From NCBI GenBank assembly GCA_963733675.1, contig CAVTET010000005.1, forward strand, positions 1 to 64,000: DNA of 64,000 nucleotides. The letters run 5' to 3'. Below the pieces are notes generated by a model, which did no database searches, had not been told where the DNA came from, and saw nothing but the letters and a program-made list of their open reading frames with translations. The position numbers were made by a program, and so were the translations under genes. The DNA comes from an uncultured Methanosarcinaceae archaeon (GTDB taxonomy: Archaea; Halobacteriota; Methanosarcinia; Methanosarcinales; Methanosarcinaceae). Below, piece by piece: positions 22,371 through 32,904 of the stretch. Every line of letters begins with the position of its first letter. Positions within the stretch are counted from its first letter, which is position 1.

Positions 22371-23801
22371 TCAGTTCTCAAGTCCCAGACGCTTCATGAA
22401 GTGATGGTAGTGCTTTGGTGGCAGCCTGGAATAGAAGGCTTGGGTTACAACTTCACTCAAAGAAGGGTGAATGTCCATACTACGCATGATAGGTTCCATG
22501 CTTCCTGATTCAGTATACATTAGAGGAATAATCTGGTGGATCAGAACTGAGGCATGAGGTCCTATAATATGTGCACCGAGAATTTGTTTACTCTCTACAT
22601 TCAGAATTACCTTTACAAAGTAGTCCTTGATTTCCAAAACTGTCCCCTTTGCGGTATCTTCAAAAAATTTGAGGCCTATGCTCACTTTATCCTCTCCATA
22701 AGTTTCAACAGCTTCCTTCTCTACCATACCTACGCCGGCAATTTCAGGATAAGAAAATACTGCATGTGGTACAGCGTGGTAGTCTGTCTTCACTTTTTCT
22801 TTCATGAAAGCATTCAGGTAAACTATCTTGGATTCATAGTTTCCAACGTGCTTGAGTAAATATTTGCCGGTTGCGTCGCCAAAAGCCCAAACATTTGGTT
22901 GAGACGTCTCTAGGTACTCATTCACCAGAATCCAGCCCTGCCCATCTGTTTTGATTTCAGCCCTTTCCGGATGAAGAATATTGGTATTTGGAACTCTTCC
23001 AGTTGCTAAGAGGATCTCATCTACAGTAATCTTTACTTCTTCTCCTGAATTTTTTTCCTTTGCGACTATGGTCTTCTGCCTGTTATCTTCCTTTCTAACT
23101 TCAATGGCCCCATAGTTTGTAAGGATCTTCATATACTCTGACATTTTCATCCTAGCAAGTTTTGAGATTTCTGGCTCTTCTTGCGGAAGAAAAAGGGGAT
23201 TTCTTCCAATTACAGTGACTTCTGCTCCCATAGCCGAGAAAAAATGCCCATACTCGGCTGCAATATAACTCCCACCAATAATTGCTAGATGTCGGGGACA
23301 TTCATTAAGTTGGAGCACAGTGTCGCTTGTAAGATAACCAGCTGCTTCAAGCCCTTTAACAGGGGGGATAGCAGGCTTTGAGCCAGTGCATAGAAAAATC
23401 ATTTTTGAGTAAAGTGTTTTGTCGCCTACTTTTAGGGTATAAGGAGAAGTAAACTCTGCACTTTCATGGTAATAGTCAATATTCGAGCTTCCGGTTAACC
23501 CCCGCCGGACAGCTTCTATATTTTCTCTTGTAATCCTTCTCATCCTTTCCATGATTGCAACGAAATCAATATCCCTTATTTCAGTCTTTATTCCAAAAAG
23601 AGATGCTAAACCCAGTTCCCTGATAAGTTCCGCAGGATAGAGTAAGATTTTTGAAGGAATGCACCCTTTGGTAAGACAGATCCCACCGGGTTCGTCTTTA
23701 TCGATAACAGTAATTTTTATTTCTGGGTTCGAATCTATAATAAGATTTATATAGTTCATTGCAGAACCGGTACCTATTACAATCAGGTCATAATTTTCCA
23801 T
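22371..23801 (-). CDS. Flavoprotein disulfide reductase (dihydrolipoamide dehydrogenase-like)
   Basis: GTGSA FAD loop, GGICLTKGCIPSK disulfide, HPSLSE. Confidence 0.85.
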   Translation of the reverse strand: MENYDLIVIGTGSAMNYINLIIDSNPEIKITVIDKDEPGGICLTKGCIPSKILLYPAELIRELGLASLFGIKTEIRDIDFVAIMERMRRITRENIEAVRRGLTGSSNIDYYHESAEFTSPYTLKVGDKTLYSKMIFLCTGSKPAIPPVKGLEAAGYLTSDTVLQLNECPRHLAIIGGSYIAAEYGHFFSAMGAEVTVIGRNPLFLPQEEPEISKLARMKMSEYMKILTNYGAIEVRKEDNRQKTIVAKEKNSGEEVKITVDEILLATGRVPNTNILHPERAEIKTDGQGWILVNEYLETSQPNVWAFGDATGKYLLKHVGNYESKIVYLNAFMKEKVKTDYHAVPHAVFSYPEIAGVGMVEKEAVETYGEDKVSIGLKFFEDTAKGTVLEIKDYFVKVILNVESKQILGAHIIGPHASVLIHQIIPLMYTESGSMEPIMRSMDIHPSLSEVVTQAFYSRLPPKHYHHFMKRLGLEN

Positions 23802-24727
23802 TTGTTACCCTCCACGATATAAAATCGTTTTATTGTCCGGGAACTATATTGGAACAATTTCACATTTGTATTAAAACTCAATATTGTTCATAATAAAACT
23901 CTATAAGTTGATTTAATTTTAAACTACGCTCTTATTTAAAAAAGTGTTATCATTCTTAATCCTTAAAATTCTGCGCTTTCTGATCCCGCAGGGTTATTCT
24001 AGAGAGATGTCATCTTGGTCCTTGGTCATAAAAACAGCAGTGAATAGCTGTAGCCTTATGAACGTCAATGACGTATAAAAAATAAATCTTATAAATTATG
24101 GGTAAGCGACACTATCTCTCAAAGAGCTCCAGGAATTTTTTTACTTTCAGACACTTAACTACGCTTCTACACTCAAACATTTTATTTTGGAATTTACGAA
24201 CTAGTGCATTTATGGATCGTGATAATGAGGTAAACGTGATGTAATATATAGATATATTGCACATATAATCTATAGTAATAACTTTTACTAAATAGTACAT
24301 AATGTACAAATCTTGATCTCAAGGACAATGACGACAATCTTTTAGGATGAAAGATTGTTATTAACTAATATCCAGATATAAAAACGTAAACAACATGATA
24401 ACACATATAAGTGCCTTCTTTTACTATTGAAAGCAAAACATAGATAAATTTATTAAAAACTTATTAAGTGAAATAATAGTATCGAAAAATTGAGTTTCTG
24501 ATTCAGTTTAGTCATGTTTTTATTTTTGTTTAGAGTACTAATATCATTATTTCTGTTTCTGAGATTTCTATTTATTATAGTAGTTTTGGGTAATTAGTTT
24601 CAGATGTTCCATGAGTTCAATATGCTAGATAAGTTCCCAAAGCTCATGAGTCACTTATCAGCGATTTTTTCTTATTTCACATGGAACTGAAGAAATTCTG
24701 AACAAAAATTACGCGTCTTATATTGAT

Positions 24728-24840
24728 AGGACTTACGCTCTTGAGGTATAAAAAGTGCAATAGAAATTGTCGATTAAACTTAGATTTAGAAAATTAAAGA
24801 TTTAATGCAATTGAGTTTTCAATTCAACTATATAAGTCCT
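24728..24840. mobile_element. Short MITE-like element
   Basis: Terminal inverted repeats aggactta...taagtcct, 113 bp. Confidence 0.4.
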
Positions 24841-25227
24841 GTATATTATCTACACTACGCAGTAAATAAAAATGTTAGAATCTTCTTAAAGTTAGAAGTA
24901 TAGACTTTCTTTGCTACATAGCAATCCAATGTATTAAGAAATAAAAAAATTTTTAAAGCAAAATTATTTTAGGATTAAAACTATGAAAATAAAAAATAAA
25001 AAATGCATTTAGAGGTTCATTACAGCCTTTTCGGCGGTTTTGTCTCCGACATTTCTCTTCACTTCTCATCAGAAATACGATCCGCTAGTTTAACAGGACG
25101 ACCTGTCGGTTGTCTCAGTATACCCACATGTTAATCTGGAGGATCTCAAAATTATATAAAACGCCCTGTAGATTATACAAGTCAATCTGTTGGTTATTTC
25201 AGTAAATATGTATGATAAACAAGGCGA

Positions 25228-25550
25228 TCAGTGAGTTACATCAGATTGTATGCCTTGGTGTTGTTCACCTGGGTGTTGTTGGCCTTAGAATAGATCTTCT
25301 AGGGAGCTTATGCCTTTTGTTTGTTCATCTGGGAATTGTTCACCTGGGAATTGTCCACCTTGATATTATCCTCTCAGGAATTGTTCTCTCAGGAATTGTT
25401 CACTTGGGTATTGTCCGCTTTGGTATTGTTCACCGGAATGTTTTATTTAATCTGCAGCGCTTACTGTCGTAGCTGCCATTGAAATTATTACAAAAAATAC
25501 TACCAAAATAGCTAGTGTATTTTTCTCCTTTCAAATACTCTTTTTACCAT
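25228..25550 (-). pseudogene. Secreted pentapeptide-repeat peptide, disrupted
   Basis: TLAILVVFFVIISMAATTVSA signal then 15-bp repeats encoding GEQYQ/SGQYP/SEQFL/GGQFP/GEQFP/GQQHP/GEQHQ with TAA stops. Confidence 0.65.
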
Positions 25551-25821
25551 TTAATAACTCCATATTTTTTCTGAAGTACATTGTATTGATACCTATTGTA
25601 TAAACTATAACAATAACATTCCAAAGTAGGTCTCATATAACACTTTCTTTATTTAGTTTTCTAACAATCTGAGATTAAATATGAAAAAAAGAAGAAGAGG
25701 CAATAATACAACCTAAACGTATATCACCGTTATCCCCAAATTAGATCCCGAACTTTTAACGATGCATGGAGACCGCATAATTAAAGTTGCTTTTGGGCCG
25801 ATGGTGGCCCGCAGCGCAGAA

Positions 25822-26010
25822 ACTGCGGCAAGTAACAACTTCTAACTGGTTATTGCAGTTGTAGTGGCAGTCTTTGGTATTAATTCAGGCCAGGCATTTG
25901 CAGCGGTAGTAGGCCATTTGATTGAAGTGTCAGTTATGATCGGATTTGTGAATGTAGCACTTTACTGGAGAAAAAAATATTTTATGAAAGGTTACAATCA
26001 GCTTGAAGAT
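25822..26010 (+). pseudogene. acr3: acr3 3' fragment (ars copy B), preceded by an inverted arsP fragment at ~25775-25820
   Basis: High DNA similarity to 21454-21630 with GAA>TAA. Confidence 0.85.
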
Positions 26011-26349
26011 TCGACTATGAGGTCAATTTGTGCCTAAAATTCGGAATAATTTCATCTTGAATTTAAATCCAAAATTGCCCATTATCCAATTGTATAAACT
26101 ATTTGATTTTTGAGATAGCCTATTAAACTCAGTTTTCATCCAATTTACACTATATTTATATGGAGCTATACTTCTCGCGTTGAAAGAATTTATTTTCATA
26201 TTTATTGTTCTGCTGACTATTCTTGATTAAGCAAAAGATGATAGCTAGTTATTCCACATATATATAAAATGACTTGAATAAGCTGAATAAAAAGTCAAGC
26301 TGAGCGAATATCAGTACAAATAATGTAAAAATTAAATGAGTGATATTTT

Positions 26350-26400
26350 ATGGTAAAAATGATCATTTTTGACCCTGCAATGTGTTGTTCCACGGATTTA
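26350..26400 (+). pseudogene. arsD: arsD 5' fragment
   Basis: MVKMIIFDPAMCCSTDL with upstream region homologous to 17930-17992. Confidence 0.8.
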
Positions 26401-26439
26401 TCATTCTGATGTGCCCTTTTATTTGTATTTATCCTTCCC

Positions 26440-26949
26440 CTACTGAAGGAGGGCAAGATCTATAATTTTTTCAAACATTTGTTCATCGTTGGTACCATTT
26501 AATCCAATAATTCTTGCCTGGGATCTATCAGTGCTAACTTTCCCGTCCTTCTGCATGTAAACGTATTTTCCATTTTCGATACCCACGATTACAAAGCAAT
26601 CAGGAAGATAATTCACTCCAAAATATTCTCTAAGTGCAGGACTCTGATCCACATCTGCAGACGCAATAGTGGCTTTGCCTCGGTATTCTACTGCCAGTTT
26701 TTCGAGGATTGGTTTCGTAGACTTGCATGCATGGCACCATTTTGCTCCCATTTCCACAAAAATCGGGCCTTTCTGTATGGATTTGTTTATATGGTTCTGC
26801 TGTGTTATTATTAAAACATCATTTTTCTCCAGGTCTACCTTAGAATTCGTGGAATTTCCCGAAATTTTTTCAGAGCAGCCAGACATAGAGAGCAAAGCTA
26901 CAAGTAGGATAAATAATACAAATAATTTTTTCATGTTGATCGTCCACAA
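26440..26949 (-). CDS. Thioredoxin-like lipoprotein (paralog of 13966)
   Basis: Lipobox MSGC, WCHAC, shared GIENGKYVYMQ segment. Confidence 0.85.
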   Translation of the reverse strand: MWTINMKKLFVLFILLVALLSMSGCSEKISGNSTNSKVDLEKNDVLIITQQNHINKSIQKGPIFVEMGAKWCHACKSTKPILEKLAVEYRGKATIASADVDQSPALREYFGVNYLPDCFVIVGIENGKYVYMQKDGKVSTDRSQARIIGLNGTNDEQMFEKIIDLALLQ

Positions 26950-27085
26950 CTAATAATGAAATTGAGATTTTAAAATTCGTAAGTGTAATCTATCAGTAAT
27001 TATATCCATGACATTAATCTATGGCATCAACATTAATTAATTTTTTGTGATTGTTTAGTATATTTAAAAAATTGATCATTTTCTT

Positions 27086-27316
27086 TTATTCCGTGATCAA
27101 CTTTTTAACTTTTTTTATTTTGAACTTTATCGACTAATTTTATGCCCCCATCAATGACAACAGCTTGGTGGTCATGACCCCGTAGTTAAGGATCGTTTCA
27201 AAGTCCTCTACTTTAATGACTTCGGCTTCAACACCATTTTCCTTGAATATTTTTTCAATGATTTCCTTCGTTTTCTTGCATCTTAAACAGCTGCTTTCAA
27301 GAATTTCAATTTTCAT
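27086..27316 (-). pseudogene. Degraded copy of the MTH895-type thioredoxin (arsP 3' end adjacent at ~27400)
   Basis: MKIEILESSCLRCKKTKE...; homologous to 17556-17789 with frameshifts. Confidence 0.8.
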
Positions 27317-27439
27317 ATCTTTGCCCTCGTTTTTTATTTTCTATTGTTTTTGTCTTTGACATTTTCTTTTTTCCCAAGCTTCAGAACCTTTGATCTGATA
27401 GAATAATGTTAAATAGATATCCCATTATTGTCTCTAAAC

Positions 27440-27665
27440 TTACCACGCAGGCTCTGCACTTGCTTTTATGAGGCTGGATGTGTACATGGCTGTAGCTTCC
27501 CATAAAGGAATTAATGCGGTTTAGAATACAGCATCTTAAGGCTTTAGAATTTTCATCCTTGACGGCTGTACGGATCGCTGCTCTACAAAAAAATTCAGTG
27601 AAGCCTGAATGCGGGTAGATATCTGCCAGGTGGTTAAGGGCGAATCGGGATTGCAAAACCAGGTA
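27440..27665 (+). pseudogene. DGC-domain putative zinc-binding protein remnant
   Basis: RIFILDGCTDRCSTKK with in-frame stops. Confidence 0.5.
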
Positions 27666-27691
27666 TTCGGATATGAAGCCCAAATACATAT

Positions 27692-27757
27692 AAATTATAA
27701 TACGTGCAGTCAAAAATTATAATACGTGCAGTCAAAAATTATAATACGTGCAGTCAA
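27692..27757 (+). repeat. Perfect 22-bp tandem triplication
   Basis: aaattataatacgtgcagtcaa x3; single copy at ~43074-43096. Confidence 0.95.
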
Positions 27758-27795
27758 GGAAACCTAAATCCAATTGACTATCGATTTTCGGACTA

Positions 27796-28004
27796 TCAAT
27801 ATCCACGCCTGAGAATAGCTATCAGTTCATCTACACCTTTTATAGTTGGAATAGATTTCTTGAGCAGAAGATCAATGCATTTGTCCGGATCTGACTCATA
27901 ATCAACAATATCTCCTAGGTAAATAGTTTATCATGAAGAGTTTCCAGAACAGTCTTGAAGGCATCATAGTTTGCATGAATATCGGCTATCAGCAGGAGTT
28001 TCAT
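27796..28004 (-). pseudogene. Internally deleted metallophosphoesterase copy
   Basis: MKLLLIADIHANYD start fused to the DELIAILRRGY end of the 43134-43835 paralog. Confidence 0.8.
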
Positions 28005-28167
28005 GATTTTTCTTTCCTTCTAAGGTTTATTTATCCTTCAATGGAGTTATAATTCCCAATACTATAATTCCAAAGTGTGTTCCAAATCTGGCTTTTGAAA
28101 GATCTATCGATAAATGAATTGTACTAAATAAAGGATTTATTCTGGCATCAATACGTAATAATTTCGT

Positions 28168-28183
28168 ATCAATTTTTCTTGAT
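28168..28183. promoter_or_regulatory. ATCAA-N6-TTGAT operator
   Basis: atcaa-tttttc-ttgat, followed by gtgggtttttat. Confidence 0.6.
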
Positions 28184-28321
28184 TTCTGTCTTGTGGGTTT
28201 TTATGAGTAGATACTATAATTGACTAAAAGATTTTAATTCATTTTAAAATGAGTACTGCTGAAGATAATACATTTTAAAGAACTTATTAATCAAACATTC
28301 ATAAATTTAGTAGGTGTTAAA

Positions 28322-29119
28322 ATGCCGGGAAATCCAAATGAAATTAAATTAGTTAACAATGCTATGGCTAATGCTACTCGCCGGAAAATTATGAATTTTC
28401 TAGCCGAAGGCGATAGAAATATTGAAGAAATCGAAGGAGCGGTGGGAAAGACAATGCTTGACTTCCATCTCAAGCTTTTGCAACAGGCGAGTCTAATTGA
28501 GATAGAAGAAAAAGCTATAAAAATAAGTGAATACGGCAGGAATTTCCTGAAAGGTAAGGAAGAGAGCAGTAAGGAAAAAACTTCAGATCTCTCTCAGGCA
28601 AAACCAGTAGATATTGTAGAGGTCAGGCAACTTTTGCCCTGTATAGCTGATTCCTCAAAATTCAGGGTAATTGCTAATATGGCTCCTTCCCTTGGCGGTA
28701 CCCTCAAGATTCTTGAGCCTCTTTTTCCCAGAGGCAGATATTCGGACAAAATAAACGCGCTGATAATTCAAAGAGGAGAAGTTATTTCAACTATTTACGG
28801 GACTGGAAAAGTCACTTTGACGATGATCAAAAGCGAGAGCGAGGCCAAAGAGACGCTTGAGAACTTACGGAGTACCATTAATGAGGCTATTGAAAAGGGT
28901 GTCGCTCCTGCTCCGAGGGAAAAGGTAAGGGTTGAACCCATGGAGATCTACAAATATCTACCCCAGACAAATTGTGGCAAATGCGGTGAGCAGAGCTGTT
29001 ATACCTTCGCTATAAAGACCATGAGTGGTGAAGTTTCTCTAGATATATGTACACCGCTCAAAGAGCCTGAATATGCAATCAACCAGGAGCAACTGCAGGT
29101 TCTGACTGCTTATATTTGA
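28322..29119 (+). CDS. ArsR-HTH + Fe-S-binding domain regulator (paralog 1)
   Basis: N-terminal wHTH; C-terminal YLPQTNCGKCGEQSC...C as in the AcsC/CdhE Fe-S domain. Confidence 0.85.
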   Translation: MPGNPNEIKLVNNAMANATRRKIMNFLAEGDRNIEEIEGAVGKTMLDFHLKLLQQASLIEIEEKAIKISEYGRNFLKGKEESSKEKTSDLSQAKPVDIVEVRQLLPCIADSSKFRVIANMAPSLGGTLKILEPLFPRGRYSDKINALIIQRGEVISTIYGTGKVTLTMIKSESEAKETLENLRSTINEAIEKGVAPAPREKVRVEPMEIYKYLPQTNCGKCGEQSCYTFAIKTMSGEVSLDICTPLKEPEYAINQEQLQVLTAYI

Positions 29120-29399
29120 GCTTAATAACTTGAAGAGCATTACTTAATTGGAAGAACTTTTGAGAACACTGACCTTAGTGCTCACTGACTGTCTTTATGT
29201 TTCAGACTTATACTATCGTCGTCTGAAATCTTGCAAAACTGAATTTAAAATCATTAGTGTCCCTAAAACTGGAGATCTTAAATAAATATTAGATTAAACG
29301 GGAAATTTTAGGGTAAACTGTTACCTCACACTTTTCCTGTTTTAACCTTTTAATCTGGCATATCTTCTTTAGACAAAGTGACCATTCAAAAGTTTTCCT

Positions 29400-29415
29400 A
29401 TCAATCTTTTTTGAT
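29400..29415. promoter_or_regulatory. ATCAA-N6-TTGAT operator
   Basis: atcaa-tctttt-ttgat, followed by cgggtttttat. Confidence 0.6.
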
Positions 29416-29564
29416 ATTTGGCTTTCGGGTTTTTATGGTTATAACTTATAATTAATTACAGTAGTCAGCTTGGAAAATTAACTTCTACTCTTAAAATAGC
29501 CTTGATGAGATTGCTAAAATAAGGAAAAAAGAGTTAGACTTCAATAGCGCTGGTAGGTATAAAG

Positions 29565-30362
29565 ATGTCAGGAAGTACGAGTGAGACAAAGCTGATAAAT
29601 TTCGCTATGGCCAATAAGACCCGACGGAAAATAATTAATTTCCTGGCGAATGGCGATAGAGATATTGAGGAAATAGAAGGGATAATTGGGGAAAAAACGC
29701 TTGACTTCCATATTAAGATTTTGCATGATGCAGGACTTGTTGAGCTAGAAGGAAGAAATTTTAAATTAAGTGATTATGGCAAAAACTTCCTGAGAGGTAA
29801 GAAAGAAAGTGGTACAGGAGAAATTAAAGATCTTTCTAAGGCAAAACCTGTAGAAATTGCAGAAATCAGGCAATTTTTGCCCTGTATAGCTGACTCCTCA
29901 AAATTCAGGGTAATTGCAAATATGTCTCCACCTTTGGGTGGGGTCTTGAAAATCCTTGAGCCTATCTTTCCTAAAGGCAATTATTTGGATAGAAAAGATA
30001 GCTTAATAGTTAAAAGTGGAGAAATTATTACAACTCTTTATGGTAGCGGAAAAGTCAGCATGAGAATGGTTAAAAACGAGGATGATGCTAAAGAAGAGCT
30101 TGAAAACCTGAGGAACACTATCAATAAAGCTATTTTAGAAGGTGTTGTCCCTGCTCCAAGGGAAAAGATCAATGTCGGGCTTATGGACATCTTCAAATAT
30201 CTGCCACAGACCAACTGTGGTAAATGTGGCGAACAGGGTTGTTACAGTTTTGCCATAAAGCTCGTGGCTGGTCAGGCCACTTTGGAGAAGTGTACACCGC
30301 TTAAAGAGCCAGAATATGCGTATAACGAGGAGCAACTACGATTTCTGGCTGTATATATTTGA
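29565..30362 (+). CDS. ArsR-HTH + Fe-S-binding domain regulator (paralog 2)
   Basis: Same length and motifs as 28322-29119. Confidence 0.85.
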   Translation: MSGSTSETKLINFAMANKTRRKIINFLANGDRDIEEIEGIIGEKTLDFHIKILHDAGLVELEGRNFKLSDYGKNFLRGKKESGTGEIKDLSKAKPVEIAEIRQFLPCIADSSKFRVIANMSPPLGGVLKILEPIFPKGNYLDRKDSLIVKSGEIITTLYGSGKVSMRMVKNEDDAKEELENLRNTINKAILEGVVPAPREKINVGLMDIFKYLPQTNCGKCGEQGCYSFAIKLVAGQATLEKCTPLKEPEYAYNEEQLRFLAVYI

Positions 30363-30386
30363 ACCAGTGTTACTTAAGTAATATTA

Positions 30387-30779
30387 TTGGAGGAAACTTT
30401 GAAGACGTTAACAATAATGCTAACTGATGGTCCGTACATTTCGGAATATGCCGAGATCGCCTACAAACTCGCTGAGACTGCACTTAAAAAGTACCAAGTG
30501 AATATATTCCTGTACCTTGACGCTGTGCATATTCCTAAAAAGGGTCAGAATCCATCATTCTTTACCAATGCAGGCAAGCTTTTTTCCGGACTCGCGGGGA
30601 AAGGAGCTATAGTTAGGGCCTGCCCAAGATGTGCTACTGCAAGAGGCTACATTCCAGAAGAAGAGATTATAGAAGGAAGTAATTGTAGAGAATACTTCTC
30701 TGGGATAAAAATCACCAGCCTGCATGAATTCTCGGACATGTTGAGTAAAAGTGATAGGGTAATTTCACTGTCAAGATGA
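30387..30779 (+). CDS. DsrE/TusD-like sulfur relay protein
   Basis: TDGPY..E, IFLYLDAV, ACPRCATARG. Confidence 0.8.
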   Translation: MEETLKTLTIMLTDGPYISEYAEIAYKLAETALKKYQVNIFLYLDAVHIPKKGQNPSFFTNAGKLFSGLAGKGAIVRACPRCATARGYIPEEEIIEGSNCREYFSGIKITSLHEFSDMLSKSDRVISLSR

Positions 30780-30820
30780 GACTTTTATGATTAGGTCAGA
30801 TTTTCAGGAGGTTCAGACCC

Positions 30821-31165
30821 GTGAAATCAGTTTTCTATCTGCTGGATACAGCGCCATACGGCAGTGAAAAAGCCTTTGGAGCACTGAATGCGGCTGCAGT
30901 AAGCCTTAACAAAATGAAGGTGATCCTTGGCCTTTATGGAGATGGAGTTTATCTTGCAGTTGTAGGTCAAGACAGTAAAAAACTTGGATTACCAAACCTT
31001 GCAGATATTCTCTATGCATATGGAGAGTTGAGAGTAATAGTGAATGAACCCTCATTGGTAGAGAGACGTCTTTTTGGGGAGACCTTGGTAGAAACCTTAG
31101 AACTGACAGATGAAGAGGATTTTCTTGAAGAAATGAGAAGCTCGGATTTTATCATCTTACTTTAA
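30821..31165 (+). CDS. DsrF/TusC-like protein
   Basis: TAPYGSE, GLYGDGVY. Confidence 0.75.
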   Translation: MKSVFYLLDTAPYGSEKAFGALNAAAVSLNKMKVILGLYGDGVYLAVVGQDSKKLGLPNLADILYAYGELRVIVNEPSLVERRLFGETLVETLELTDEEDFLEEMRSSDFIILL

Positions 31166-31176
31166 AGAAACCCCGC

Positions 31177-31503
31177 TTGGTAATAATACACAGGAGTGAA
31201 AACTTGAATCAAGAACAATATGACTTATTTCTACTGACAAAACCTCCCCTAAGCTCCAGATCAGAATTATGCTTAAGACTGGCTTCTCTTTCCGAAAACG
31301 TCAGAATTTATCTAGCAGGAGACGGAGTGTATCATCTACTTACAGGGATAGAGGAACAGATCGGATCCATAATTTGTGCTTGTAAAGAAGATCTTGAAGC
31401 CAGAGCCATCAGGGCAGGTGAAAAAGTTATAGTTCCAGATGACTTTTATGCTGCTCTTATGGAGGATATAATGGAATGCTGCAGGCATTCGTATACGTTT
31501 TAA
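31177..31503 (+). CDS. DsrH/TusB-like protein
   Basis: YLAGDGVY, EDLEARAI. Confidence 0.75.
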   Translation: MVIIHRSENLNQEQYDLFLLTKPPLSSRSELCLRLASLSENVRIYLAGDGVYHLLTGIEEQIGSIICACKEDLEARAIRAGEKVIVPDDFYAALMEDIMECCRHSYTF

Positions 31504-31646
31504 TACATATGTATTGCTATAAATTGATGCTAAATTCTTTATTTCACAATATTGCTTGAGATTACATTTGAAGATCTCTAATTATTTTAATAACTCCAAC
31601 TGCTCTTAAATTTAATTTCAAAGAAACGCCTGACGGATCAATTCTT

Positions 31647-31931
31647 ATGGCCGAGAATATCCCGGAAGAAATAGTAAAGGACTTGCAATCTGTTTGTTAG
31701 CAACATCAGCAGGCAGTCTGCAACCACTACAAATGCAGAGAATTTAGCGAAAGCCTATCCGGTCTTCTGGTTAGACTTGAGGATATGAAATATTATCGGA
31801 CGGCTGACAGAGCAATGAGCATTCTCATGAATTGTAAACCAAAAGAGGCTTCTCACTGTGAAAAAGCAAATCTTGTCGGAGAAATGATGAAGGAAATTGT
31901 AAAAGAAGCACAGAATGCAGGTGGAGGATGA
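31647..31931 (+). CDS. 94-codon Cys-containing ORF with one in-frame TAG (not in ORF track)
   Basis: MAENIPEEIVKDLQSVC[TAG 31698]QHQQAVCNHYKCREF...NCKPKEASHCEKANLVGEMMKEIVKEAQNAGGG. Confidence 0.55.
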
Positions 31932-32028
31932 GAATCAAAACCAATGAAATATTCTAGCCTTCCGAATCTATGAATCCGAATCAGAATAACCACAATTATG
32001 ATTTATTATCACGGTTATCAATAGCGAT

Positions 32029-32355
32029 ATGGTAACAAGTATGAAACCACAGGGGAAGAAGAAAATTTTCTTTCTGTGCACTCACAACTCAGTCAGGTCC
32101 CAGATGGCTGAAGGCCTTTTAAGAGCTATGTATGGATATCGATACGATGCTTACAGTGCTGGAGTCGAGACCACAACTGTTAATCCTCTTGCTATTGCAG
32201 TCATGAAGGAAATTGGTATTGATATCTCCAGTCAGCATTCAAAAACTCCCCAAGAATTTCAGGATATCATATTTGACGTGGCGGTTACTGTCTGCGATCG
32301 GGCTAAAACGGCTTGTCCTATATGCAGTAAGAATCTTTCGCTTTTCCATTTATAA
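32029..32355 (+). pseudogene. arsC: Truncated arsenate reductase copy
   Basis: Near-identical to 22174-21710 up to CPICS, then diverges; lacks the DP motif. Confidence 0.85.
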
Positions 32356-32544
32356 TCCTTTCTGGTAATATGTAGATTTGTAACTATTCAACCTACTAAT
32401 AATCAGTTTAATGATGTCGATTATTCCAATAATATTTAATTATAACGTTTTTGACGTAATGCCAAAATCCAGTGATAAACGTAAATTTAAGTTAGGCAGT
32501 GTCACAGATTTCCTGTAAATTGGAAGTTAATTCTGTGCATAAGA

Positions 32545-32792
32545 ACCGTCAAACAAGATCATAGATCTGTAAATTGGATAGTTCGTCCATGCTAGGATTC
32601 AGTCTTTTCGCTCTGCTAGTAAGACTTTAAAAAGAATTGAAGCTATGAATATGGTTAAAAAAAGACAATTCGATAATCTAAATTACTCTGTTGATTTAAT
32701 TTTAAAATGTTAGTATATTTCCCTCGGATCTTTTGATTTTTATTTATTACTAATAGATTTACATGTTATTCTGAAGTTTTTGCAACGGAACC
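32545..32792 (+). mobile_element. IS6-family 3' remnant with right inverted repeat
   Basis: QDHRS...IEAMNMVKK fragments; IR agtttttgcaacggaacc 32775-32792. Confidence 0.7.
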
Positions 32793-32904
32793 AACTAGAG
32801 ATACCTGAACTTGAAGATTATATCTAAATTCAGAAATAAATCCAAAAAGTAAATTACCAAAAGTAATAAGTCTCGGATTTTTTCTACTAATTGAAAGTAA
32901 AGTG

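Noticed and set aside
22371-23801. Mercuric reductase MerA
   Set aside because: Lacks the C-terminal Cys pair and NmerA domain; has the HP..SE motif of LpdA-like enzymes
25212-25472. Plus-strand repetitive hydrophobic ORF (GIVHL repeats)
   Set aside because: Antisense shadow of the minus-strand signal-peptide/pentapeptide pseudogene
27692-27757. 22-bp repeats as a CRISPR array
   Set aside because: No spacers and no cas genes; simple slippage triplication of a sequence present once at ~43.08 kb
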